In this document: positions 27,730 to 40,534 of the stretch, piece after piece
How the letters are laid out: every line of letters begins with the position of its first letter
How positions within the stretch are numbered: the first letter of the stretch is position 1
Origin: the human T2T-CHM13v2.0 reference genome, Homo sapiens
DNA length: 64,000 nt
Reading direction: 5' to 3' (one strand)
Assembly (NCBI RefSeq): GCF_009914755.1
Contig: NC_060937.1
Made by a program: the position numbers and the translations under genes
The notes under the pieces: model-generated
Told to the model about the DNA's origin: nothing
What the model saw: the letters and a program-made list of their open reading frames with translations, nothing else
Databases searched by the model: none

Positions 27730-28360
27730 GGAAAATATGTTTAAATATGCATGTTAAAAATTTTAAGGTAATTATTTAGAGAATAGAAGTAATAGAGGTA
27801 ATAGCCAAGTAATCAGAGGAGAAAAATGGAATAAAGAAAACTTTGTAACAAGAAACAGGGAAAAAAATAAAAAGGGTGCACAATAAACAGAAAACCAAAA
27901 CAGAATTGCAAAAAGGAAAAACATGTCAGGAATCACAATCTATGCGAATAACACGGCTTTCTCAGATTGAATAAAAAATCCAGTTATGAGCTGTTTACAG
28001 GAGGCAAATATAAAACCAAATGATGCAGAAAGGTTGAAAATAAAAAGAAAGAAAAATACAAACCAGGCAAACATTAATAAAAAGAAAACAGAAGTAATAA
28101 TGCTAAAATGACAAAATGTAACTCAAGGGTAAAAGCATTAAGAAGGAAAAAGAAAAGATGTTTTATATTAATCAAAAACACACCATGAAGATAAAAGAAT
28201 CATAAAGCAATTTACAGTGCCCATCATAGTTTTGACATATAAATAAAGCAAACAATTGAAAATCTACATTCATAGTGAGAGATTTTAATACTCTTAGAAA
28301 CCGACAGATCAAGTAGACAGAAAATGAAGATACAGAGTATTTGAAAACCATAACAGGTTT
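27730..28360 (+). mobile_element. old L1ME-like fragment (ORF2 5' part)
   Basis: A-rich; 'gctgtttacaggaggcaaat...aaggttgaaaataaaaag' resembles EN 'CCLQET..RLKIKG'. Confidence 0.6.
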
Positions 28361-28554
28361 TTTGGGGGCATTGAGTGAAAATTGTGCTCCAAATATATAT
28401 CTAGAGGATCACGAGGATTTAAGAAACAAGAAGACATATGTGGAGAAAATAAAAATTATCACACATTGTATAGATACTGTCTGAACAGAAAGAGTCAATT
28501 AAGAATCCCAATCCATTTTCTGATCTTTTGAAACATCTGGTCCTAACATTGCGT

Positions 28555-28738
28555 AGAGCAGCGGTTCTTGCAGTGAAAGCCCTGGATCAGTTGCGTCAGT
28601 GCCGCATGGCAATTTGTTAGAAATGCAGACTGATGGGCCCTAGCCCCAGCCCTACTGAGTCAGCAGCTCTGGGGATGGGCCCAGCTTTAACTAGCCCTCT
28701 GGGGGCTCTCACGCCAGCTCAAGAGTGAGAGCTACTGG
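28555..28738. mobile_element. MER5A
   Basis: 'agcagcggttct...ttgttagaaatgcaga...cctactgagtcag..ctctggggatgggcccag'. Confidence 0.8.
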
Positions 28739-29571
28739 CACAGATCAAAACTCAGAAGCCCACCTGCCTTCCTGGGTTTGAATGTCCTTGAAGCAATAGA
28801 GAAATGAATGTGCACACACTGTTCATATGTCGATTTCACAATATCCCTGAGAGTCTGCTTCATGGTAAAGGCCTGGGACTCGTCTTAGATCATCCTGACA
28901 CTTTCCTGGGAAATTATGGCCTGAGTCTTTATAATTAACTTTTCTTTAAGAGAAAAGAGGTAAAATAATCAGTGGCCCTCATGCTGAAAATATTAAAAGT
29001 GTAAAAAAATTGAAATAGATGGATTAAAATAAATCAGTTATGATTTCTTATGCCTGAATTATATGCCTGGATTATGGACAAAATTTTCCCCTGTATCCAT
29101 CTCTGGGTTTCCATTGGTTGCATCTACACTTTCAGCATCTCTAGGAGGTCTTCGGATGAGCCTTCCCCCAGGGAGGACACTGAGGACCAGGCATAACTGG
29201 GTAGAGAGGGAAATTAATGCCCTTTTCTTGAGACTCTTCTCCATGCCTGAGTGCCAGCCTTTCTCTGCTTCCCTTCAGGGACATGCTGCCCAGTTGAAAT
29301 GCCTAAAACTGCTTCCTGGGAGCATTTGCAGTAGTAAGTGAAACACCTTTGGAGAGCATTTGTTTAAAAAAACAGAACAGCGTCATACATGCAAATTAAA
29401 ATTTGTGTGTATCCGTACAACTATTCAAAGATGCATATCCAACACATCACAGTGGAAATCTGTGGAGAGGAGAGAGTTAGGGATGAGGGTTGTGGGGAAA
29501 AACAAAAGAAAACAGGAGTAGGTCCTTGTACAAAATGATTATTGTAATATGTTCTAAATCCAGAGGTATGA

Positions 29572-30016
29572 TGTGATGGTTAATACTGAGTGTCAGCTTG
29601 ATTGGATTGAAGGGTGCAATATTGATCCTGGGTGTGTCTGTGAGGGTGTTGCCAAAGGAGATTAACATTTGAGTCAGTGGACTGGGAGAGGCAGACCCAT
29701 CCTTAATCTGGTGGGCACCATCTAATCAGCCACCAGTGAATATAAAGCAGGCGGAAAAGCGTGGAGAGACGAGATGGACCTAGCCTCCCAGCCTACATCT
29801 TTCTCCCGTGCTGGATGCTTCCTGCCCTCGAACACTGGACTCCAGGTTCTTCAGTTTTGGGACTCAGACTTGCTCTCCTTGCTCCTCAGCTAGCAGACAG
29901 CCTATTGTAGGACGTTGTGATCGTGTAAATTAATACCTAATAAACTCCCCTTTATATATATGTGTATATATATATCCTATTAGTTCTGTCCCCCTAAGAG
30001 AACCCTGACTAATACA
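29572..30016 (+). mobile_element. ERVL solo LTR, MLT2A1-like
   Basis: Starts TGTGATGGTTAATACTGAGTGTCA, ends CCCTGACTAATACA; TATAAA 29741, AATAAA 29939; TSD tatga/taaga. Confidence 0.92.
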
Positions 30017-30056
30017 TAAGATTAATTCAAATCTCTGTTCCTGAGGTACTAAAGGC

Positions 30057-30080
30057 AAAAAAAAAAAAAAAAAAAAAAAA
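30057..30080. repeat. poly(A)24
   Basis: Pure A run. Confidence 0.95.
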
Positions 30081-30259
30081 GGTGGAGTTGAGCTATTCCT
30101 AATCTAAAAACTGATGCAATGTGGGAGAGGTAGTTTCTTTTAGAAATAACTTGTACTAGCTAGCTTTCAAATGGAACATAATAAATTTGTAAACTCATTA
30201 CAAGTTGACTTAAGCTATAGGCCTGGTGTGATTTCAGGCTTGAAAACAAAGAAATAGTT

Positions 30260-30465
30260 CAGGGTTGCAATAGGGGGCCATGACTCTGAATCTTAGCTGA
30301 GCCTCTTACTAGCTGTATTACCGCATACTTGGTACTTAATCACTATCAAATTCAGTTTTCTCATCTAAAAAAGGGATAATTCTATCCACTTTACAGATTT
30401 GTGCAATAGTTGAATGTGATACCATACACGAAGGTATGTTAGGTACAGAATAGGTGCTATATAAA
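30260..30465 (+). mobile_element. MIR SINE
   Basis: 'cttactagctgt...ttcagttttctcatctaaaaaagggataat'. Confidence 0.7.
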
Positions 30466-31014
30466 AGCTTTGGTGGAGAGAAGTAAGACAGGATGGGAGC
30501 CGTACCATCTCAACTGGTTTTTCAGAAGGTAATAGTATTGATTACAAGGAAAAGTTTGGATAGGAATGGTGAAGTCTTTGTGAACTGATTAATTCTATTG
30601 GAACCTCATTAGCCCTACAACTCTTCCGAATGATTCTTGATGTCATGCACCATGCTTTTTGCGGAATTCAGTTATACAGATATGTGAGAAATAAGCCATC
30701 TCCCTCTCTCTTCTCTTCCTTCCCTCTATTCCTTCTTCTCTGTCATAGTGAACATGCTTTTCTACTGCGTAGGGCTTGACATATGTGTTATTATGGCTGT
30801 CAAAAGGAAGCCAGACCCAGAAGCTGCTGCCACACTGTGGTGTAACTGTGAGTGTGTCCCTTCAGTGCTCATAACAATGGAAGAGTTTATTCTTGATAAT
30901 CTCTTAGGTCCTATGTCACTCTAATATTTTAGAACTCTGCATTTAAAGAATAATACCCTCTATCAATTCCAAGTCTAAGGAGGAGTCTTTGATCATGGTG
31001 AATTAATGTGTTAC

Positions 31015-31178
31015 TTAGCTTTGCTATCCAAAATGTGGTCTGTAGACCAGCAGATCACCATCATTTGGGAGCTGATTAGAAGCACAGAATTTTAGACTTT
31101 ACCCAGGTCTCCTGAATAAGAATTTTCACAGGATCCCGAGGTGATGGATGTCTCATTAAAGTTTGAGAAACACTGCTT
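31015..31178. mobile_element. MER5-type MITE
   Basis: 'aaaatgtggtctgtagaccagca...aaagtttgagaaacactgc'. Confidence 0.75.
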
Positions 31179-31767
31179 GAAAAACCACAACTCTTCTTTG
31201 TTCATATAAAATTCGCTGCCTTCAGCTTCAAAGTGTGTCTCCAGAAGCCACATAAAATTTCATCAAATTCTTGTGAGGAGGCTCACATTTTGACCATTTT
31301 TATAAAGAAAAACCGAGTTGGAGAATAAAAAGGGCTTGCTGAGGACTGGGGAGAACTGTCGCATAGAGAATGTGACCACAATCGTGCTCAGGCAGCCGTT
31401 GCCATAGGTAATGTTGGGATTCCCATTGCAGCCACATCTGCCTTTTGATACCTGAGCTAATTAAACATTAGAATATAGTGTGTTGTTTGCACAAAATGAC
31501 GCCCTTTGAAAGTTGTCGAAGTTTCTTTGACATGAGAGTGGCTGATTTGTACAGTGGCATCTTAAAGACTTGATTAATGTTGTTCTATTTATTTTGACCA
31601 CCCCGATCTTTAATTATAAAATTATACAGTTTAAAACGTGGCTGTCGGCCCCCGTCTGTGCCAAGTTTAACTGAACACATTTCTGTCTGGTCTCTTGTCA
31701 CACTGTGGGCTTCAAAATCAATAAGCAAACTGCCTTGTTCTCAGACTCTCCATCCTCTCTTCTGCAG

Positions 31768-31879
31768 TCAACAGTCATAACTTTTTGAGGACACATGTTT
31801 ATTGCTGCTGCTGGGGGCAGCTGCTCTTGTACCCACTTTCAAATGGGCTGTGGAAGAGACAAAGCTCATCTGGCTGCTG
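31768..31879 (+). other. candidate exon (first or internal) in a unique-sequence island
   Basis: Strong donor CTG|GTGAGT at 31879/31880; pyrimidine tract plus CTGCAG acceptor ending 31767; upstream X-box-like GTTGCCATAGGTAAT (31398-31412). No transcript evidence is available. Confidence 0.4.
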
Positions 31880-32779
31880 GTGAGTAGATGAATGTGAGCC
31901 GCTTCTCTTAGGCCATTGGTTTTTTTTTTTTTTTTCTTCCACTAGTTTTCTTGGAATGTGAATTCTCCCGCTATACAGAGGGAATTGCAGGTAGGCAATA
32001 AATAGTGTGTCTACCTAAACCACCAAGAAATGCATGGGGAAAATGAAAGCTTATGAAAATCCGATAACAAGTTAGAAATGCTATGGTGTGATTTTTCTCT
32101 TAAAGTTCTTCCTTTTATTCTTCATATCCTGCTTAGTTTTGCATCATTCGGCAACCTTTCTAGTGCTTGATTTTAAAAAGAAAGTGTCTCTGTCCCATCT
32201 TGTGTCCATATTTGACTCCTATGCTCTAAGGAAACCAGAACAAGCTTCAGGATAGAAGTGTGGCCATATCATGGGAAGTAGTAATTGGACAAAGTCCCTT
32301 TCAAATACCGCTGAAAGCAGGTGGTAGTTTTAAATGATACATTCCCTAGACACAGTTTTGCTTGATGTCTTTCTCTCTTACCTGTTTTTTTCCTTCCTTA
32401 TCATTTTTGGATGTATTTAAAATGATTGTATTTTGGATTTCAGTTTTATAAGATGTTTAAAAAAATAATTGGAGGCCAGCCCCATAATTTTTATTGTATA
32501 GATAGTTTTGGCTTTCCATTCTTAACTCTTCCAAATAAAATTTCCACCATGCTTTTTAACACCTCATCTCTGGTGAAAATTAAAATGTTGTTTAAAATCA
32601 CGCCATGGAAATTTTGTGCAAAATATGAAACTTTCACACTCCTTGATGCTATTATAAATCATTCGTATTGAATAAGTGTCAAAAATGACTAGGATTTAGG
32701 AGCTTAGGGAATGAAATGTTTTTTTCCCATTCTTTTCCGAAGAATTGTAACGTAGTCTGAAGATCTTGAGAGTTAGGTT

Positions 32780-32950
32780 TTGCTGTTCTGTGATGATGGA
32801 AATGTTCTTTGTGCTGTCTGAAATGGTGGCTGCTGGACACATGTGGTCACTGGACACTTGGAATGTAGTTAGTGCCACCGAGGAAATGAATTTTAAATTG
32901 TATTTAGTTTTACTGCATTTAAATTTAAATAGCCACATGTGGCTGCAGCT
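32780..32950. mobile_element. MER3-like hAT MITE
   Basis: 'tctgtgatgatggaaatgttct...ttaaatttaaatagccacatgtggct'. Confidence 0.8.
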
Positions 32951-33062
32951 GCTTCTAAACTGCGACAGCAGAGTTGTATAGTTACAACAGAGACTAGTCT
33001 GCAAAGCTTAAAATATTTATCATCTAGGCCTTTCCAGAAAAAGCTTGTCAACCCTGGTCTAG
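32950..33062. mobile_element. MER58A-like fragment
   Basis: 'gcagagttgtatagttacaacagagact...gcaaagcttaaaatatttatcatctaggcctttccagaaaaagcttgtcaaccctg'. Confidence 0.7.
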
Positions 33063-33176
33063 ATCAATGTTCAATGGAGTAGGACCCATGGAGAATAGGC
33101 AAAAGTAGTCAGGCCAATCTAGAGATACTTCATATTGGGCACATATGGAAAATGTTCATCTTGAAAATTATGTTAA

Positions 33177-33498
<322 letters not shown>

Positions 33499-35750
33499 TT
33501 AGCCAGTATTTTTTTCTGTAAAATGTGGTTAATGATTATGGTAAAATTTCAGGAAAAACAAGTGAAAAGTAAAAGTAAATTTCCACACATCTATATACTA
33601 TATGCATACATATGTGTGTTTTTGTATTTGTTATAGAACAAATTATATTATTCCATATGTGATGTCCTACATATTCCATGTTGCTCCCATTTAACACTTT
33701 ATTTGAATATTTTAAATAACTCAAACGTTAATCCATCCAAGGTAAAATCTCATTTCAATGATCATTTCCTTCTTTTAGAAGAGCAGTCTTACTTGCTGAG
33801 TAATTTTTGTAGCATTTGTGCTACAAACGTAGAAACAGGAGTTTCAAACGTTTAGCTATGCTTGAAATCTCAAGCGAAGGTTTAATTTAAATTTGGAGTA
33901 CACATATCCACATATTTACATATGTATATAAACATGTATGTATTTATATGTGTACTCCAAATATATGTATACGTATAGTATACACACATAGTATATGTGT
34001 GTATATGTATCTATGTATACTCCAAATTTCAAAGATGCAATTGTAATGATATGTATTATTAGAGTTAAACTGAGAGAACATTTAAACTTACTATTTACTC
34101 TTCTATCTGAGAACAAGCAAAGTGAGAAACTTGACATGTGGGACAAGAGATTTTATTTGAATCCTCAAAACAATAAATGCAGGTTTATTTTCTAAATACT
34201 GGGATCTGGGCATGCTGTATAAGAAAGACATTGATTCAACCAAATTCTTTGGGCACTGATACGGTGAGGGCTAACAGGGCTAATATAAATGGAAGATATG
34301 GTAGTGTCTTGGTTTATGGTCTCTCCGGGCATACAAATCATATGAGGATAAAAAGGTAAAATGCAAGACAATACATAATTAGGAATCACCTGAGTAATAT
34401 AGTAAATGTCAGGGAATATCTCTTGCCAATGCTCAATTTTCACTGTGCTATGGCCCATATATTTCAACTAGACACTTTGGTGTGAAGCGCAAGGACAAGA
34501 AATGAGTTGTCAACATCAGTCTGGTTTATGGGAAAGATGAAAGACTTGGTGAATACAGTGGAGGGTAGTGTACAAGGGAAAGAAAGCAACACAAAAAGCT
34601 GAGTGGTAGGAAAAAAGAGAGGGAGGTTCCAATAATAAAAGGTAAAGAGATAGAGACTGCACTGGTGTGATGGAAGTCCTGCAAAATTTTCAGTTTTCCG
34701 CCCATAGTCAAACTTTGCCAAAAATGCATAATATAGATTTAAATTACGTTGGAAGAACAAACCTCTCAGGCTGTATAAATGCAGCCCATGGGGCTAAAGA
34801 ACCTGATCACGTCCAGAGTAGAGAGATAGGAAAACTTAGGGGAGGCAATTAGCAGCCCATATATACTTAATGAGCTGTTTTAAAGGGTACAGGTGACAAT
34901 TAGCCTGGTACTTACCCTGTGCCAGAAGGAAGTCATTTCAGTTACTACCAAGGTTGGTCTGTGCAGATTGCTATAAATAATACTTTCCTTTGGCTGGAAA
35001 TGACTCAGCAATGTCCTTTCTCAACCCCATTGTGTCATTAAGAGGCTGTGAAGGAAACTCATTCCAGATTCCCTTGGGACAAAGTGAGCATGCAGTGAAG
35101 GCAGAGAATGCCTTTCCTTGGGGTCAGGAGGGCCCCATGAGCAAGATATGGGCTGGCAATGTGATGACAGTAGTGTCCTGCATTCCTGAATGGGATGACA
35201 GCAATGTCCTGTATATCCTGTTTTGGGATAACACAGAGCCATGTTGGGAGACTGAGGCCATGGTCACGTGACCTCAAGCAAGTCATGCAATCTCTCTGCA
35301 GATCAGTTTCCCCACCTAGCTCATACTCCGTAAGAGGATATGATCATCAATAATACTTTGAAAAGATAAAAAAGAGAAAAAAAGCCCTATACGTAGTTAA
35401 GAAATCACCAATACATGCTTTAGAGCTAGATCCAAAGGTGAAGATCAGAATTAAATATGACCTGGGCTGGGGGAAGAAGGTGTCACTTAAGATATTCATC
35501 CCAGATCCAGTTGAATCCTCAGTCTGGAAGCCATGTTGGGATGAGAATCTATTCCATGGATCTATCTTTTGCTTTGACTCACATATTGGTAGAGTCTATA
35601 GATATTTCTCTGGGAAAAACTCTACCCTGGGCTAACTTGAAAAGGCATCATCCCATCAGTGTATCTGTATGAAGGTATATGTAGTATTTAGCAATAAGTA
35701 GTGGTGTTCCTTGCTTTTGAAACCAGGAAGGGTGAGCCCATAAAGTTAGT

Positions 35751-36393
35751 TGTGGAAATAAACAGACAACTCAAATAAGAAAAGCAGAGGTGATTTATTC
35801 AGAGTTTGATGTAGCAAGAGAGTCAGCCACCATCACTTGCATTTGGCAGAGACTCAAAGGTAGGCAGGGGAGTGGGAGAGCTTTACAGTGGGCAAAAAGG
35901 GACAGCTTCAAGTGTGTCCTGATTGAAGGCTGTTGACATAGGGAAGCTGGCTGCAGCCAACTTCCCAGATTACAGCCAACAACCCAGATTACTGGGGTCA
36001 ACCCCTAGAGTTTCTGCTCCTATAGGTCTGAGGTGGGAAGTGGATACCTGCAGACCGGAAAAGTCTATGTAAGGGGTTGGGGGCATATTTGGCTTTCTTT
36101 CTGGTCCTAAGCTGGAAGTGGTGACAAAAATTAGAGAAACTGCCATTCATTAATCAAATCCTCAACATTTTGTTTTTTTTTTGTTGTTGTTGAAGAAGTG
36201 ATTGTTTAGCCTGCTGGATTGTTACTAGAGATAGCAGTCTGGCTTCCCGCAAGTCTAGCTTGAGTAGGCTGGCTTCCTTTGTTGTTTATTATAGATAAAG
36301 GGTTGGTTTACTGGGCAGGCTGCTGCATTTGCAAGTCAGAGTTCTGTTTTTTAGATGGTCTAGCCATTCTCCATGTTGTATTAGTCTCCCGTA
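35751..36393 (-). mobile_element. ERV1 solo LTR, MER89-like, carrying a ~100-bp foreign insert
   Basis: Reverse complement ends ...GTTTATTTCCACA; 'gagtcagccaccatcacttgcatttggcagagactcaaagg', 'gcatatttggctttc', 'gattgttactagagatagca' match recalled MER89. Confidence 0.75.
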
Positions 36394-36439
36394 GTTAAGA
36401 CAAAACATTAATGGAGATCTTCATTTAAATTATTATTTT

Positions 36440-36590
36440 ACTAAGACTTGTGTGACCCTGAGCAAGTCACTTCACCTTTCATCTAAGAATAGGATTGTAT
36501 TACCTGCCTAGCATAGCTCACAGGGTTGTATGTATATCAAATGAGAAAAATTGTATGCAATATGGTAGCTTGTCTCTAGGATAGGGAATA
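36440..36590 (+). mobile_element. MIR SINE
   Basis: 'tgtgtgaccctgagcaagtcacttcacct...cagggttgt'. Confidence 0.7.
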
Positions 36591-36819
36591 AATTTTAATG
36601 ATGACAATGACAGAGACCAGTATGGAATAACAGCTATCCTTCCTTTACCCCTATCTACTCTAAGACATATGAAACCATCTTGTACTTGATTGAAAAAGGT
36701 TAATTCATATTTATTTAGCATCTTTGGCACACATTAATATTTGAACCACTTTCTTCATGAAGTGTCCCAGTTACAAAATAAATAAGAGAAAATGCATGCT
36801 CTCTCTTAAGTGTTCATAT

Positions 36820-36945
36820 TATTAACCATTTTTGGAATAACGGACCCATTTGAGAATTTGATAAAAGTTATGGATTCTCTCCCAGAAAAATACACATATA
36901 CATATACACCCAATTTTGCACACTGTTTCAAGGGGTTCATAAATG
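36820..36945. mobile_element. hAT-Charlie MITE remnant
   Basis: 'cggacccatttgagaatttgataaaagttatggattctctcccagaaaaatacacat'. Confidence 0.5.
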
Positions 36946-36974
36946 AGGAATCCATTTATGTAGACTTTTAAAGG

Positions 36975-37300
36975 CAGAGGTTCTCAACCTGGATTGCATA
37001 TTAAAAACATCTGGATAGTTTATAAAACTCCTATTAGGTAGGCTGTACTCTTGCGGGGTGAGACCCGGACATTGGTCCTATTGAATGTCTCTCAGGTTTA
37101 AACTATTTCTTTAAGGCAGTGGCTCTCAAACTTTAATGAACTCCAGAATCACTGGAGGGCTTGTTAAACCCAGATTACTGGGCTTAACCCCCAGAGTTTC
37201 TGCTCCTATAGGTCTGGGGTGGGAAGTGGATACCTGCAGACTGGAAAAGCTCCTTGGTTGATTCTGGTGCTGACCTCTGATTGAGACTCACAGCCCTAGA
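36975..37300. mobile_element. two MER5A-type MITEs (36975-37100 partial, 37115-37300)
   Basis: 'cagaggttctcaacctggattgcatatta' and 'cagtggctctcaaactttaa..cagaatcactggagggcttgttaaacccagatt'. Confidence 0.7.
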
Positions 37301-38034
37301 GGAATGAAATCAGAATCACATCTGAGATGTGGCATTGCATGTACATAGAGGTCAAATTAAAGCGTCCACATGCCATGCTTAGCTCCTCCCATACAAGGCC
37401 ACATCTGGGTGTGTGCTCTTGGAAGGAATAATAACTGAACCTTTGTTTCTCTAGGGTTCACCAGCCTGGAAGTGTGGTTGCAAAACAGAAGGCACCCCTC
37501 AGAGCTCAGGCATTGAAACTGATGGATTTCTAGTCCTATGCTCTCTGCTAAGTTCCATCCCACATGGCCCACTATCTCTCAGGCTGTAGACAGCATGCCC
37601 AATCCTGTACTCACAGTTACAGAAGGGCTGTGTTCAATACTCCTGCCCCACCTCACACCCTTTGTGGAAGTTTTTCACTTTAGCTCCTCATGGCATCAAT
37701 GCCTATTATTGCTGCACTGTTGGCCAAGCAGTGGCCAGGCCAGATTAACCCTTTGGAACAGTGCCCCCTTGTCTTTCACATCCCTGCCTCCTCCTTAGGG
37801 GATAGCAGGCTTTCCCTGTCTTTTCTTTTCCTCATCATCCAAGGATATAAAAGGCTTTGAGGGGACTCAGGGTAGGGTTTATCACAGCACATCCCTGGTG
37901 AGTTTTGAGGGTTCTTTTTGCTTCAGTCTTTCCCATTTGAGCATCCTGCAATAATTCATTCAAGTGCATTGTACTACAAAGTCACTTCCATCCACCCTGC
38001 TCTGTAACCTGATACCCAATCTCCCTGGATTAAG

Positions 38035-38117
38035 GAGTCAGCCACCATCACTTGCATTTGGCAGAGACTCAAAGGTAGGCAGGGGAGTGGGAGAGCTTTA
38101 CAGCGGACAAAAAGGGA
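38035..38117 (+). repeat. 83-bp copy of MER89 segment 35820-35902
   Basis: 2 mismatches in 83 nt by eye; 'attaagg' at both ends. Confidence 0.95.
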
Positions 38118-38347
38118 GTATTAAGGGGAAGGTCAAATAGGTAATTTCTTCGAGTCTAAATTTTCACTGGAAACTGTCTGTCTGACTTCCCCGTTATCCA
38201 TACTTCTCCAGGGACCAGAAGATTGGGAAGAGCTTGGGTCAATTAGCTTGAACAACCTTAACCCAGAAATATTGGTGTGATTACAGACTGCATTAAGGTA
38301 CTTCCCTCTTTGGCGGATGTAAGTGAGCACATTCAAGACAAGGTGAA

Positions 38348-38762
<415 letters not shown>

Positions 38763-39339
38763 TCACATTTACTCATGTTTTTTGATTTTCTGGTTTGCTG
38801 GATTGCACTGTGTGGAGTGGTAAAAAGAGAGCAGTGTCAGAAAATCCATAAAGTAAGGAAAAAGCCTTCAGCCAGAACTTCTCCTTTGATAGGTGAAAGA
38901 ATCCTCCAGTTTTGATTGAGGAAGCTAAAAAGAAATCTGGAAATCTGGCTTCATCCAATAAACCATGAGCCATGATCCAATAAGGCACAGTGGCTGGTTT
39001 AGATGCTAGAGGTGTAGGACCTAAATAGTTTTGCAATTAAAGGTTATCTCTCAATTTTCCACACTCTTTGGAAAAATTGTAAAGATTCATTTACTCTGTA
39101 GCATCAATTCATTCTCAAAAGTATCATATTTAACATATGAGTCTGTTAACAGAACCATTCATAATTTACTCAAGTTTCCTTCAATCCATGATGACTGGTG
39201 ATTCTCTTGATATCGAGCTGCTTGTAAACTACAAAGATTGATATTTCCAGCATCCCGAGAGATTATTATCTTAGTGTCATTGCTGTTTATATCCATGTTC
39301 TATCAAAGTCAAGGACTTCTGAAGTCATCAGTGCTTTGT

Positions 39340-39465
39340 CACTTTCTAAGCACTTTGCATGTGCCAGGAAGTGGCCAGCATTTCATGTGCATTGTTTCAT
39401 TTAGTCCTCATAAGAGCTTCACAGATGAAGACACTGATCTTGGAAAGGTGAAGTTCACACAGTGA
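39340..39465 (-). mobile_element. MIR SINE
   Basis: 'tcatttagtcctcata...acagatgaagacactga..aggtgaagt'. Confidence 0.65.
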
Positions 39466-39844
39466 GGAACATGGCTGCCTGTGCATTCAGTGTGCAAATA
39501 AATAAATGCATAACTGCAAAAAATATGTAATTGCAAATATGTGTATTATGGATAAGTAAATACTAAAAAGATGATATTTTCATTTTATTGACTATTTAGG
39601 TCACTGCTTTCTCCTGGCTTGAAGAAATATTACAGATTAATTGAATGAAAATTGTAAAATGATTGGGTGGTTGGGAATTGAAGGCAGTGATCCCTATGCT
39701 TCAAGATGCCTTGTGTAAGTAAGACATGAAGGCTGACACACTGACGCTTTTGTGTAGTTAGCTATGGTGAGGGCACATTTACTTTTGGTTGGGTTAGAGT
39801 TGAGAGAGCCAAGGGTCTGTAACAGGCTTTGGGGCTTGTGTGTG

Positions 39845-39848
<4 letters not shown>

Positions 39849-39880
<32 letters not shown>
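39849..39880. repeat. (TG)16 microsatellite
   Basis: Perfect dinucleotide run. Confidence 0.95.
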
Positions 39881-39881
<1 letters not shown>

Positions 39882-40499
39882 TGGGTGAATGTGTTTGAGA
39901 TGGGCAAGTAGAGAATACAGAGGTAATGAATAGACCAAGAGGAACAGCAAGCTTTAGTTGGGGAAGAGGGCTACACATTATGGAACACCAAAGACCCTCT
40001 TTGTTGGCCCTGCCAACCTTTCCAGACATAGAAATTGAGTGGGATATTGCAGTGTCAGGCTCTCAGGGGACTAAGGTTTCAAGTTGGCTTCTTTCCTTTC
40101 ATTTTCTTAAGGTTGGAACTTTGGAATATCTGAGCCTTGGATTTTGTTCTACCACTGCCTTTGTTCAATCTCAGATCCTGCAAAATGTTGGTTGAGATAG
40201 GTAGTTTACCTGTATATGCTTTAGAAATGGACAAGCAACTTCATGGCGGTGTCTCAGCCTTGCTCTGCCAACTGGACATGAGTTCTAGAAGGAGTTAGGG
40301 CTGAGGGTCACCCAACTTGCTTAGTCACCCTTTGTGTTCTCATAAAACACAAGCACATTGTGTCTGATAAAGGTCACATAGTTGTCACCATTCTTTGCTG
40401 AGGACAAAGCTGCCTTAGTTATCCCAGGAGAATGCAGTGCAAATGGAGGAAAACTCTTGTTTTATAGCATTTTTAGAGTAGCTATCTTCTCACTCTTGT

Positions 40500-40534
40500 T
40501 GACTCTCAATGACTCTCAATGACTCTCAATGACT
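40500..40534. repeat. 10-bp tandem repeat (TGACTCTCAA)3.5
   Basis: gactctcaat x3 followed by gact. Confidence 0.95.

Noticed and set aside
30057-30080. Poly(A)24 as an orphan retrotransposition product
   Set aside because: No convincing TSD; may be slippage expansion or the tail of an old L1 remnant.
33900-34020. TA/CA-rich pseudo-palindromic stretch
   Set aside because: Degenerate low-complexity microsatellite.
40500-40534. Short repeat array considered as CRISPR-like
   Set aside because: No spacers, eukaryotic context and no cas genes; it is a simple tandem repeat.
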